A stretch of DNA of 64,000 nt from Macrostomum hystrix (GCA_950097015.1 CATNEN010000003.1:6820001-6884000), one strand, 5' to 3'; positions 48,711 through 61,899 are shown, counted from the stretch's first letter. Numbers and translations are program-made. The notes: generated by a model from the letters alone, not told the origin.

Positions 48711-49445
48711 GTGGAAGGTTTAGTGAAGGGCCCCTGTGGAATGTTTAGTGAAGGGTCTCTTTGGGAGATTTAGTGAAGGTTCTCTTTGGGAGGTTTAGTA
48801 AAGGGTCTCTTTGGGAGATTTAGTGAAGGTTCTCTTTGGGAGGTTTAGTAAAGGGTCTCTGTGGAAGGTTTAGTGAAGGGTCTCTGTGGACGGTTTAGTG
48901 AAGGGTCCCTGTGGAAGGTTTAGTGAAGGGTCCCTGTGGAAGGTTTAGTGAAAGGTCCCTGTGGAAGGTTTAGTGAAGGGTCCCTGTGGAAGGTTTAGTG
49001 AAAGGTCCCTGTGGAAGGTTTAGTGAAGGGTCCCTGTGGAAGGTTTAGTGAAGGGTCCCTGTGGAAGGTTTAGTGAAGGGTCCCTGTGGAAGGTTTAGTG
49101 AAGGGTCTCTGTGGACGGTTTAGTGAAGGGTCCCTGTGGAAGGTTTAGTGAAGGGTCCCTGTGGAAGGTTTAGTGAAGGGTCCCTGTGGAAGGTTTAGTG
49201 AAGGGTCCCTGTGGAAGGTTTAGTGAAGGGTCTCTGTGGACGGTTTAGTAAAGGGTCTCTTTGGGAGGTTTAGTGAAGGGTCCCTGTGGAAGGTTTAGTG
49301 AAGGGTCCCTGTGGAAGGTTTAGTGAAGGGTCTCTGTGGAAGGTTTAGTGAAGGGTCTCTTTGGGAGGTTTAGTGAAGGGTCTCTGTGGAAGGTTTAGTG
49401 AAGGGTCTCTTTGGGAGGTTTAGTGAAGGGTCCCTGTGGAAGGTT
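48711..49445. repeat. 25-bp minisatellite (GTGGAAGGTTTAGTGAAGGGTCCCT)
   Basis: About 29 units between MRPS25 and MED28. Confidence 0.96.
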
Positions 49446-49460
49446 TCTTAATTCAGTATT

Positions 49461-50831
49461 ATGTTCTTGTCTCTACAGTCTCAGGCAGCCACACCTGAAA
49501 GTCAGCAGGTAGCGGCCGCTGAAGCAGCCGCCACTGCTGCCGCGGCCGTCGCCACCACAGCAGCCGCAGTTGCCGCTGAAGAGCGGCCTCTTGCTGAATT
49601 TGAGCACTCTGTTAGTCGCCTGCTGGAACTGCTGACTAGCGTTGAGTCGCTAACTGAGCAGGGAGCTGAGCTGCCTGAATGTCGCAATACCGCTGAGAGT
49701 TTAAGCAGTCAAGCAGCTGAATCAGCCAGACAGTTGGACGCCTGGTTTCGACAGCGGCGATTTGTCTTCTTGCAGAATGCACTGCTGTAGGTCTGCGTTC
49801 TGAAAATTAATTTTTTAGCTCTTTCTAAAATATGCATTTTCTTGTCTTGCGACTATCCCGTGTCTCATCTCTCCTGTGTCTCATCTCTCCCGTGTCTCAT
49901 CTCTCCCGTGTCTCATCTCTCCCGTGTCCCAAACCTTTCCGTATCTCATCTCTCCCGTGTCTCATCTCTCCCGTGTCCCAAACCTTTCCGTATCTCATCT
50001 CTCCCGTGTCTCATCTCTCCCGTATCTCATCTCTCCCGTGTCTCATCTCTCCCGTGTCTCATCTCTCCCGTATCTCATCTCTCCCGTGTCTCATCTCTCC
50101 CGTGTCTCATCTCTCCCGTGTCTCATCCCTCCCATGTTCCAAACCCTTCCGTATCTCATCTCTCCCGTGTCTCATCTCTCCCGTATCTCATCTCTCCCGT
50201 GTCTCATCCCTCCCATGTTCCAAACCCTTCCGTATCTCATCTCTCCTGTGTCTCATCTCTCTCGTGTCTCATCTCTCCCGTGTCTCATCTCTACCGTGTC
50301 TCATCTCTCCCGTGTCTAATCTCTCCTGTGTCTCATCTCTACCGTGTCTCATCTCTCCCGTGTCTCATCTCTACCGTGTCTCATCTCTCCCGTGTCTAAT
50401 CTCTCCTGTGTCTCATCTCTCCACTGTCTCATCTCTCCCATGTCTCATCTCTCCCGTGTCTCATCCCTCCCGTGTCTTATCTCTCCCATGTCCCATCTCT
50501 CTCGTGTCTTATCTCTCTACTGTCTCTATCTCTACGTATCCCATCTCATCTCTCGCTGAAGAATGTCAGGGCCAGATGTGCAGTCCTGAGCACCTGCGCT
50601 TTATAATCGTTTGTTTCTAAGAAAGCTATTTTCTCTCGCAGAAGCGGTGCCGGCAATTTCAGTGATGATCGTTTAGCCAGCCTGCGCGAGGAGGTTGCCC
50701 GGAAGGAGGATCTGATCAGATCCGCGGAGCGTCAGCTGCGCGATTCCCGGAATCAACTGGCGAGTCTGATTGATCGTCGGGGTCAGAGACGCGACGAAGA
50801 GACGCCGAATCTGTCCTACACAATGCATTGA
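49461..50831 (+). CDS. MED28: Mediator subunit 28-like, ~171 aa
   Basis: Exons 49461-49786 and 50642-50831 (phase 2). LAEFEHSVSRLLELLTS..ARQLDAWFRQRRF and LASLREEVARKEDLI fit the MED28 pattern; the start codon is tentative. Confidence 0.72.
49855..50555. repeat. 16-bp minisatellite (GTCTCATCTCTCCCGT), MED28 intron
   Basis: Reverse complement of the MRPS25 intron array. Confidence 0.95.
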
Positions 50832-51371
50832 CAATGCCTTATACTACTCGTTCGTGTTAATCTTCTCAAGTAGTATGTGCGGCATATTAAAAGATTCTTT
50901 CAAACGTGTTTTGCTATGGAGAAATAAATATTGTGCGCTGCATTTTTTTTATGTTGATGTTTACATCTGGTGTGTAAATGCCTCTTGCTGTATTTCCAAT
51001 TTAGGTTAAACTGTGCAAAAAATAAACTGCTTTTGATCTAGCTTGCTACTTTTAGGGCGTACAACTTACTATCACCGTGAGTGAAGTAAATTTAACAAAC
51101 GCTCAAACGTTGTATTTTTATTAAGTATTAAAACATTTACAACAGAAACAAAGACAATAAGACTGGTCGCAAGAGTATATAAGATGTACAGAAGAAAACA
51201 TTCTCGGAGACAAACGTTAAGTGAAATGCATCAAGGAGATTAGCATTTCATACTGTACAGTGAACACACGTTGACTTGGATAAGTTTGTTATACGGCGTA
51301 CATTCCTTCCATGGTTCGCATCTATCCTATATTGGGACCATAATCAGGATCATAATCTATCGTTCTTGTGC

Positions 51372-54300
51372 TTAAGCATCGCATTGTCCATAGTCTTCTC
51401 CAAGAAGTTTGCCTTCGTCTAGAAAGTTACGAATGGTTTCATAGAGAATCTTTGCCTGTTGTTGTTTCTGCTGCTGCTGCTGCTGCGGCCATTGCAGTAC
51501 AAAGCAGCGGTGCTTCTCCATCAGAGCTATTCGTTCGATGGCCGGCGGTAACATTTTCAACTTATGGGCATTGTCTGCATGTAAGTTAATTAGGTTATCA
51601 TTAAGGCAGATTAGTGTGATGTTAATGAACATTTAAAAATATAGTCTAATTTATACTACGAAAAGCTAGATCCGTACTATCTTTAGAATACCATGTACTG
51701 TATTACACCCCTAATAAGTTCAGGAGAACTTTCAAAAATATCAAAGTTATCCTTTCGAGAGATGCGAAAAATTGGTGCCGGCATCAGCAGGGGTAGAAAT
51801 CTGAGTGGTTTTTACAGTCCATGGACTGAACAGTCTGCATCAGTCTTCATGTTACAGCTTGTAGAGTGTGTACATTTTGATTTTCTAACACAAGTCGGCC
51901 AGGTGTGTAGCTATTGCGCGTCGCATCTGAAGGCTGTTCAGTCCGTGGACATTGGGGGGACGCCACACCCACCATGAATTACCCCAGCTGATGCTGATAA
52001 AATTTCGATGAAATAATTGGTGATGAATTCTGATTGCTACAACACGAATGCAATTTTCACCTCGATCGCCCAGGATAAGTACTCTGCTACTACAGTCGAC
52101 CATTCTCAGGTGGATGCTGTTGGCAATGGTCGAATTGCTGCTGTCAATGGTTGCCAGTTGCAGCTGATATCCGAATCTTTCGGCGCGTCTTCTCAGCTTG
52201 CGCCACCACCTGTACTCTCGTGTCAGCAGGCCGAGTCGCTGCTTAGACAGCTGGCCTAGACAGTCGGGCGATGCGGTGACAATGAGCAGGATGCGAAGCT
52301 GTGAGCACCTTCGATTGCCTGCGAGTGAAGCATTTGCGGATGTGGCTTCTGCTGTAACAATGGACGTGTTAAAGGCATTGTGTCCAACCAGTTTCAATGG
52401 TTTCTATTTCTTTTTTTGAGGTCGCAATGTTGCAATGGTGTGAATGTCTACTGGGATATTGCGACGTCATTCTGTTGCATCGGTTTAAATGTCTATAGGG
52501 ACATTGTGACGTCATTCTGTTGCAACGCTGTGATTATATCTACTGGGACATTGCGACGTCATTCTGTTGCATCGGTTTGAACGTCTATAGGGACATTGTG
52601 ACGTATTTCTGTTGCATCGGTTTGAATGTCTATAGGGACATTGTGACGTCATTCTGTTGCAACGCTGTGAATATATCTACTGGGACATTGCGACGTCATT
52701 CTGTTGCATCGGTTTGAACGTCTATAGGGACATTGTGACGTAATTCTGTTGCATCGGTTTGAATGTCTATAGGGACATTGTGACGTCATTCTGTTGCATC
52801 GGTTTGAATGTCTATAGGGACATTGTGACGTCATTCTGTTGCATCGGTTTGAATGTCTATAGGGACATTGTGACGTAATTCTGTTGCATCGGTTTGAATG
52901 TCTATGGGGACATTGTGACGTAATTCTGTTGCATCGGTTTGAATGTCTATGGGGCCATTGTGGGCGTATTTCTATCAAATTCGCAGGCAACAGCTTTGCA
53001 AAGCTGTTGAAATCAACCCGCTAAATACAACTCACGTCGAATCACGAATACAAAAACGGAGCATATTGTGACGGCGACTGCTGTAACACTGAGAACACTG
53101 CAGATGAGAATCATTGTCAGTCTCCTCTTAGTCAGCAATGGCTGATCGTGCTCATGGTTGCATTCGTTAGAGCTGCTTGAAACTAGGGTCGAATTCGGTT
53201 TTTGGTTGCCAGGCGCTGAGACAGACGGTCTTAATGGGCTCCAGAAGTGTGGCAAGTCTAAAATGTAGAGAATAGGGTCATTTCAGGATCCGATTACGAT
53301 AACTAACGCTGTTTGGTTTGTGGTATACGATACTATATCTTCGAGTGTATTTAGAAGCACATGATTTATCATTCAGTTCTAGTTTCGAGTATCTTCTAGA
53401 ATCAGATAAATATATCCTTTAATGCTAAAACAGGCGTAAAAACTAGCAAAATAATTGATACGAGTACGCTCGTACTTACTAATTCGATAGAATATCTTCT
53501 GAACATTTTTGTGATGTATTTTTTCTTCTGGTTTCTGTGGAAGATCGAACTGAAAAATGAATATAATACGCTTTTAGTTAAATTTAACTATCTGCTATAA
53601 GTCCTTAATTACACCTACTTAAAGTAAACGTCTGTAAAAGCTCTTTGTCAGTCTTATCTTTTTACTATATAATGCAAACTGTCGTATGTTTTGAATTTGC
53701 AAGCTACGTCTGTTCCAAAAATAGAAATAAAATTGATTTATCCGGTCGAATAGACGCGAAGCTACCCCAAGGTCGTTTTCTCAAGGTCACACATAACGAA
53801 AGTCACGCAATCGTTGAATGCAGGCTGGCTGGCTGGATATGCTTTTCACTAACAAAGTGCAAAAGCAACACGAAAGGGATCCAAAGCGCAATTACTTACC
53901 CGCAAGGAAAGCACTTCTACTTTGCCCTTCAGAGCCGAGAGCCAATCTTTAAAGTCGACGGTGCACCAAACTGCTTTACAATATTCCTAGAATTAATGAT
54001 GGGCGACATTTGCGTTAAAAACTAGTCATTGAAAAAGCAAGTAAGCGTTTTAAAAAACTCTCACTATAGCCTTCGTCGCTCTTCCGACTTCGTTAATGCC
54101 GCTTGTTGTTTTAGCATAGACTTGCAGGTGTGCACGAACATTGGAATCTTTCAAGAAGCCGGCATTCGGCTTTGGTGTGCTCACAAGAACATAGAACCGA
54201 TCTGCATTTCCAGGTAAGATTCTACCGTCAGCAGCTTTCGATGCCTGAATCATGTAGCCAAGAGTCACAACCCACTGACGCGGAATGTCATTCAAAGTTA

Positions 54301-57300
54301 GTCTTTGCTCTGGGCTCTCTGCGGAACGCGGTGCATGCGAGCTATACTTAATACGAGCGTACATTGGCTCCGAATCACATCCCGTGCCATTGGGTGTCTA
54401 ATCCCGTGCCATTGGGTGTCTAATCCCGTGCCATTGGGTGTCTAATCCCGTGCCATTGGGTGTCTAATCCCGTGCCATTAAGTGTCTAATCCCGTGCCAT
54501 TGGGTGTCTAATCCCGTGCCATTGAGTGTCTAATCCCGTGTCACCGAGTGTCTAATCCCGTGTCACCGAGTGTCTAATCCCGTGCCATTGGGTGTCTAAT
54601 CCCGTGCCACCGAGTGTCTAATCCCGTGCCATTGGGTGTCTAATCCCGTGCCATTGGGTGTCTAATCCCGTGCCATTGGGTGTCTAATCCCGTGCAATTG
54701 GGTGTCTAATCCCGTGCCATTGGGTGTCTAATCCCGTGCCATTGGGTGTCTAATCCCGTGCAATTGGGTGTCTAATCCCGTGCAATTGGGTGTCTAATCC
54801 CGTGCAATTGGGTGTCTAATCCCGTGCCATTGGGTGTCCAATCCCGTGCAATTGGGTGTCTAATCCCGTGCCAATGGGTGTCTAATCCCGTGCAATTGGG
54901 TGTCTAATCCCGTGCCATTGGGTGTCTAATCCCGTGCAATTGGGTGTCTAATCCCGTGCCATTGGGTGTCTAATCCCGTGCCATTGGGTGTCTAATCTCG
55001 TGCCAACGTGCCAATGGGTGTCTAATCCCGTGTCACCGAGTGTCTAATCCCGTGTCACCGAGTGTCTAATCCCGTGCCATTGGGTGTCTAATCCCGTGCC
55101 ACCGAGTGTCTAATCCCGTGCCATTGGGTGTCTAATCCCGTGCCATTGGGTGTCTAATCCCGTGCCATTGGGTGTCTAATCCCGTGCAATTGGGTGTCTA
55201 ATCCCGTGCCATTGGGTGTCTAATCCCGTGCCATTGGGTGTCTAATCCCGTGCCATTGGGTGTCTAATCCCGTGCAATTGGGTGTCTAATCCCGTGCAAT
55301 TGGGTGTCTAATCCCGTGCCATTGGGTGTCCAATCCCGTGCAATTGGGTGTCTAATCCCGTGCCAATGGGTGTCTAATCCCGTGCAATTGGGTGTCTAAT
55401 CCCGTGCCATTGGGTGTCTAATCCCGTGCCATTGGGTGTCTAATCCCGTGCCATTGGGTGTCTAATCCCGTGCCATTGGGTGTCTAATCTCGTGCCAACG
55501 TGCCAATGGGTGTCTAATCCCGTGTCACCGAGTGTCTAATCCCGTGTCACCGAGTGTCTAATCCCGTGTCACCGAGTGTCTAATCCCGTGTCACCGAGCG
55601 TCTAATCCTGTGTCACCGAGTGTCTAATCCCGTGTCACCGAGTGTCTAATCCTGTGTCACCGAGTGTCTAATCCCGTGTCACCGAGTGTCTAATCCCGTG
55701 TCACCGAGTGTCTAATCCAGTGTCACCGAGTGTCTAATCCCGTGTCACCGAGTGTCTAATCCCGTGTCACCGAGTGTCTAATCCTGTGTCACCGAGTGTC
55801 TAATCCCGTGTCACCGAGTGTCTAATCCCGTGTCACCGAGTGTCTAATCCCGTGTCACCGAGTGTCTAATCCCGTGTCACCGAGTGTCTAATCCTGTGTC
55901 ACCGAGTGTCTAATCCCGTGTCACCGAGTGTCTAATCCCGTGTCACCGAGTGTCTAATCCCGTGTCACCGAGTGTCTAATCCCGTGTCACCGAGTGTCTA
56001 ATCCTGTGTCACCGAGTGTCTAATCCCGTGTCACCGAGTGTCTAATCCTGTGTCACCGAGTGTCTAATCCCGTGTCACCGAGTGTCTAATCCCGTGTCAC
56101 CGAGTGTCTAATCCAGTGTCACCGAGTGTCTAATCCTGTGTCACCGAGTGTCTAATCCAGTGTCACCGAGTGTCTAATCCTGTGTCACCGAGTGTCTAAT
56201 CCTGTGTCACCGAGTGTCTAATCCAGTGTCACCGAGTGTCTAACCCCGTGTCACCGAGTGTCTAATCCCGTGTCACCGAGTGTCTAATCCCGTGTCACCG
56301 AGTGTCTAATCCTGTGCCATTAGGTGTCTAATCCCGTGTCACCGAGTGTCTAATCCTGTGTCACCGAGTGTCTAATCCTGTGTCACCGAGTGTCTAATCC
56401 AGTGTCACCGAGTGTCTAATCCAGTGTCACCGAGTGTCTAATCCCGTGTCACCGAGTGTCTAATCCCGTGTCACCGAGTGTCTAATCCCGTGTCACCGAG
56501 TGTCTAATCCCGTGTCACCGAGTGTCTAATCCTGTGCCATTAGGTGTCTAATCCCGTGTCACCGAGTGTCTAATCCCGTGTCACCGAGTGTCTAACTCTG
56601 AGTATCTCTCACGGAATCTAAAGTCAAGATAGCAAAGTTAAAGGTCTCACCAATGAAGAACAGTCCGTACTGTTCAACGTATTTTACAGTGTTCAGTCTT
56701 ACAGTGACCAAACTATATGGCAATATTTGATCTACAATCTGCACTGTAAGTTGATTATAATTTGAGCAGTTATCATAGCTGCGAAGCCAATATCGAATGG
56801 AACTAATCTGCTTCTCTATGTACTTATGCCGCTGACTAGCAGTCACTGTCACATTCTGTTGGTCTTGTGAGACTAGGATTTGCAGCCAAGTACTGATCCT
56901 CAATTCTGCTGATCCAGATGAGTTGTCGCCCTCACTGCAGACGGCATAGTTGAATGCCTCTGTCGGGCACTTGGCGGCTAAACACATTGGACTTGGGACT
57001 GGCTGTGGAAGTCAATTAAGGGATGGGTTTTAAATTAGCAAAAAAATTTTTATAGGCCGTTAGTGGAGTTTCTATGTGAATTAGTGTCTATGGGATTTAA
57101 TGGATTTAGTCTATGGGAATGAGTGGGTGTCTTTGGTAGTTAATGGATATAGTCTATGGGAGTGAGTGGGTGTCTTTGGTAGTTAATGGATATAGTCTAT
57201 GGGAGTGAGTGGGGTGTCTATGGGAATTAATGGATATAGTCTATGGGAGTGAGTGGGGCTGTCTATGGGAGTTAATGGATATAGTCTATGGGAGTGAGTG

Positions 57301-58250
57301 GGTGTCTTTGGTAGTTAATGGATATAGTCTATGGGAGTGAGTGGGGTGTCTATGGGAATTAATGGATATAGTCTATGGGAGTGAGTGGGGCTGTCTATGG
57401 GAGTTAATGGATATAGTCTATGGGAGTGAGTGGGGTGTCTATGGGAATTAATGGATATAGTCTATGGGAGTGAGTGGGTGTCTTTGGTAGTTAATGGATA
57501 TAGTCTATGGGAGTGAGTGGGTGTCTTTGGTAGTTAATGGATATAGTCTATGGGAGTGAGTGGGTGTCTTTGGTAGTTAATGGATATAGTCTATGGGAAT
57601 GAGTGGGTGTCTTTGGTAGTTAATGGATATAGTCTATGGGAGTGAGTGGGTGTCTTTGGTAGTTAATGGATATAGTCTATGGGAGTGAGTGGGGCTGTCT
57701 ATGGGAGTTAATGGATTAGTCTACGGGAGTTAATGGACTAGTCTACGGCAGTTAATGGATTAGTCTACGGGAGTTAATGGATTAGTCTACGGGAGTTAAT
57801 GGACTAGTCTACGGGAGTTAATGGACTAGTCTATGGGAGTTAATGAATTAGTCTATGGGAGTTAATGGATTAGTCTATGGGAGTTAATGGATTAGTCTAT
57901 GGGAGTTAATGGATTAGTCTATGGGAGTTAATGGATTAGTCTATGGGAGTTAATGGATTAGTCTATGGGAGTTGATGGATTAGTCTATGGGAGTTGATGG
58001 ATTAGTCTATGGGATTTAATGGATTAGTCTATGGGAGTTAATGGATTAGTCTATGGGAGTTAATGGATTAGTCTATGGGAGTTAATGGATTAGTCTATGG
58101 GAGTTAATGGATTAGTCTTTGGGAGTTAATGGATTTGTCCATGGTGTGCCGGTTACTTACCAAATTATTTTGTCCTCGACACAAAATGAAAGCCTCAGAG
58201 TAGCCGGCAATGAGGCACATGGTCAGGCAAAGTGCATGCAAGATGGCCAT
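51372..58250 (-). CDS. Multi-exon type I membrane protein of unknown family
   Basis: Phase-consistent exons 58250-58161 (signal peptide MAILHALCLTMCLIAGYSEA), 57002-56651, 54318-54065, 53986-53900, [unresolved small exons 53.26-53.85 kb], 53257-53036 (TM LTMILICSVLSVTAVAVTICSVFVFVI + RR), 52351-52061, 51574-51372. Confidence 0.62.
51780..51997. mobile_element. Two inverted SINE 3' fragments
   Basis: CAGTCCATGGACTGAACAG (sense) and GCTGTTCAGTCCGTGGAC..GGACGCCACACCCACC (antisense); same family as 5951. Confidence 0.7.
52420..52960. repeat. 45-bp minisatellite containing TGACGTCA/TGACGTAA
   Basis: About 12 units, intronic. Confidence 0.92.
54379..56595. repeat. 22-bp minisatellite (TAATCCCGTGCCATTGGGTGTC / TAATCCCGTGTCACCGAGTGTC)
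   Basis: About 100 units of two variants, intronic. Confidence 0.97.
57085..58135. repeat. Minisatellite (GTCTATGGGAGTTAATGGATTA): ~44-bp dimer grading to 22-bp monomer
   Basis: Directly visible, intronic. Confidence 0.94.
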
Positions 58251-58519
58251 AATTACAATCAAATTCTTTGAACAGCTCTGCTTAAAAATATTTCACGCCT
58301 TTAAATCTGTACAGTATATACGTCAATGCCGGTGCGCTCAAGATAACAATCTCACGTAACTATCTCTTTGGTCCATATATAAACTTTATTAGTGCCTTAT
58401 CAGTGTCGCCTATCTAGCTGCTCTAACATTGGCTGTATCTGTGGCCACATGGTTAGTTGGTTGTACAAAACAAGGTTTCTAACAGTCTTTCAAGGTGCAC
58501 TGAAGAGGCTAGATCAAAG

Positions 58520-59730
58520 AGAGACTAGTTCCCAGAGAGACTAGATCCCAGAGAGACTAGATCCCAGAGAGACTAGATGCCTGAGAGACTAGATGCCTGA
58601 GAGACTAGCTCCCTGAGGGACTAGATACTGAGAGACTAGATGCCTGAGAGACTAGATGCCTGAGAGACTAGCTCCCTGAGGGACTAGATACTGAGAGACT
58701 AGATCCTGAGAGACTAGATCCTGAGAGACTAGATCCTGAGAGACTAGATACTGAGAGACTAGATCCTGAGAGACTAGATCCTGAGAGACTAGATCCTGAG
58801 AGACTAGATACTGAGAGACTAGATCCTGAGAGACTAGATACTGAGAGACTAGATACTGAGAGACTAGATACTGAGAGACTAGATACTGAGAGACTAGATA
58901 CTGAGAGACTAGATCCTGAGAGACTAGATCCTGAGAGACTAGATACTGAGAGACTAGATCCTGAGAGACTAGATCCTGAGAGACTAGATCCTGAGAGACT
59001 AGATCCTGAGAGACTAGATCCTGAGAGACTAGATCCTGAGAGACTAGATACTGAGAGACTAGATCCTGAGAGACTAGATACTGAGAGACTAGATACTGAG
59101 AGACTAGATACTGAGAGACTAGATCCTGAGAGACTAGATCCTGAGAGACTAGATACTGAGAGACTAGATACTGAGAGACTAGATACTGAGAGACTAGATA
59201 TTTAGAGACTAGATCCTGAGAGACTAGATCCTGAGAGACTAGATACTGAGAGACTAGATCCTGAGAGACTAAGATACTGAGAGACTAGATACTGAGAGAC
59301 TAGATCCTGAGAGACTAGATACTGAGAGACTAGATAACTGAGAGACTAGATAACTGAGAGACTAGATCATGAGAGACTAGATACTGAGAGACTAGATACT
59401 GAGAGACTAGATACTGAGAGACTAGATGCCAGAGACTAGATCCCTGAGAGACTAGATACTGAGAGACTAGATTAATGAGAGACTAGATTAATCAGAGACT
59501 AGATTAATGAGAGACTAGATTAATGAGAGACTAGATTAATGAGAGACTAGATTAATGAGAGACTAGATTAATGAGAGACTAGATTAATGAGAGACTAGAT
59601 TAATGAGAGACTAGATTAATGAGAGACTAGATTAATGAGAGACTAGATTAATGAGACACTAGATTAATGAGACACTAGATTAATGAGAGACTAGATTGCT
59701 GAGAGACTAGATAAATCAGAGACTAGATCT
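58520..59730. repeat. 15-16-bp minisatellite (AGACTAGATCCTGAG)
   Basis: Tandem units. Confidence 0.96.
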
Positions 59731-60359
59731 CTGGGAATGTGAGGCTCTAGTTTATCCTAGAAGTCGCAGGTACGGTTAGCACACCCCGCAGGCAACTAAA
59801 AGTCAGTGTGTCATGTTTGGCTGCCCTACTGAAGGGGCAAGAAATGCAAACATGGCGACTGTTGACGCTGATAAGAGGCGCGCACGTCGATCTCTCCTTT
59901 CCGTCGGTTCGTGCATGGGAAACCGAGTAAAGTACACGGGATTTATTGGAAAAGTAGCGTGTGCATGGTAGTGCATGTTTACATTTCCCTAACAATAAAT
60001 TGACATCCTTGAGATCAATGGCCGATTTTCTGTCAGAAGTTATTAAAATATATGCTTACAAATTATTGATTACGATCACATCCTCATTGACAAATTACAT
60101 TACGTTGGTTTTATATTGTCGCAACATTTAAAGACACTGCTATTAAGTTTTACTATCGTTCTTCTTTATATTAAATTTCATTGGATTGGAAATTAACTTT
60201 TTTTCAGCCTTATATCTTAAAGTTTAACGTATGCAATTAATTTAATAATTAATTTCCATTTAATGGATCCATTCAATCCATTTAATAATGTATGCAATTC
60301 ACAATAAAATATAACTTAAGGGATTTTTTGCGTTAAAAATTGTATAAGAAAACTGCCGG

Positions 60360-61121
60360 GAGAGTGACACTAATAGTGACTGGAGAGTGACACTAATAGT
60401 GACTGGAGAGTGACACTAATAGTGACTGGAGAGTGACACTAATAGTGACTGGAGAGTGACACTAATAGTGACTGGAGAGTGACACTAATAGTGACTGGAG
60501 AGTGACACTAATAGTGACTGGAGAGTGACACTAATAGTGACTGGAGAGTGACACTAATAGTGACTGGAGAGTGACACTAATAGTGACTGGAGAGTGACAC
60601 TAATAGTGACTGGAGAGTGACACTAATAGTGACTGGAGATGACACTAATAGTGACTGGAGAGTGACACTAATAGTGACTGGAGAGTGACACTAATAGTGA
60701 CTGGAGAGTGACACTAATAGTGACTGGAGAGTGACACTAATAGTGGCAGCAGAGTGACACTAATAGTGGCAGCAGAGTGACACTAATAGTGGCAGCAGAG
60801 TGACACTAATAGTGACTGGAGAGTGACACTAATAGTGGCAGCAGAGTGACACTAATAGTGGCAGCAGAGTGACAATAATAGTGGCAGCAGAGTGACACTA
60901 ATAGTGACTGGAGAGTGACACTAATAGTGGCAGCAGAGTGACACTAATAGTGGCAGCAGAGTGACACTAATAGTGGCAGCAGAGTGACACTAATAGTGGC
61001 AGCAGAGTGACACTAATAGTGGCAGCAGAGTGACACTAATAGTGGCAGCAGAGTGACACTAATAGTGGCAGCAGAGTGACACTAATAGTGGCAGCAGAGT
61101 GACACTAATAGTGGCAGCAGA
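60360..61121. repeat. 23-bp minisatellite (GAGAGTGACACTAATAGTGACTG)
   Basis: About 33 units. Confidence 0.96.
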
Positions 61122-61262
61122 GACATTTAGGCAATGCTGAAGTGAAAGAGAAAATGCTTAATCAATCTGTGCCCATCTGGCCGTTGTATTTGAGCCAGCA
61201 TCTTCTGCATCATTAATCTAGCCAGAGCAGTCGATACCGATGCTTCTCAACCAGAGTGAGTT

Positions 61263-61839
61263 TTAACATCCATTGCTCAGCTGTGTAGCCAGCCGGCAGT
61301 ACAAATACCACGCAGTTCTCGGGGCGAACGATCGCCTCGACTTCCGACAATTTTCTTGGCCAGCGTCGAAAGACAATCTGGCTAGCTGAGTGTGCGATGT
61401 CGTCGTCAGCTTCTTGAAGGTGTCGCTGGAGTTGTCGTCGAATGCTTGGCAGTCTGGGCAGCAGACGAAACAGTTGGAAAACTTCAGGCGGAAGCAACGC
61501 CAACACGACCCGAGTCGGTCGACTGCCACTGCTGGATCTGCGGACTGTGAAAATATGCTTTTCGGTCTACTCGTCAGTAGTATTATTAGAGTATTACAAG
61601 CCAAGCATTTTTATTCTCACCCCCAAGAACCAATGCTAGAGCTATCATAATAGCAGACATTGCTGCAATAATGGCTACCGCAACCGCTGCTGTTAACAAT
61701 TGCCAGCAAAAATCACACCTGGCATTCGATATGCAACCAATAGCAATTGTTGCATTTGCCAAATTTGCTGTAGTAATCTGATTGGCTGACGAATCTGATT
61801 GGCTCGCCCTTAACGCACGCAAATACAATTCCTTCATGC
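61263..61839 (-). CDS. Probable 3' exons of another membrane-protein gene
   Basis: TTTCAG acceptor near 61840, hydrophobic stretch LLTAAVAVAIIAAMSAIMIALALVLG, GTGAGA donor near 61620, then a Cys-containing terminal ORF; the final frame is uncertain. Confidence 0.4.
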
Positions 61840-61899
61840 CTGAAATATAATAGCCAATTGAAGTTGATCAGGCTTATAAATTCATTAAAACAATTCCTG

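Noticed and set aside
60360-61121. CACTA transposon ends
   Set aside because: CACTA-A-TAGTG is only a mini-palindrome in a 23-bp unit; there is no element body or TSD.
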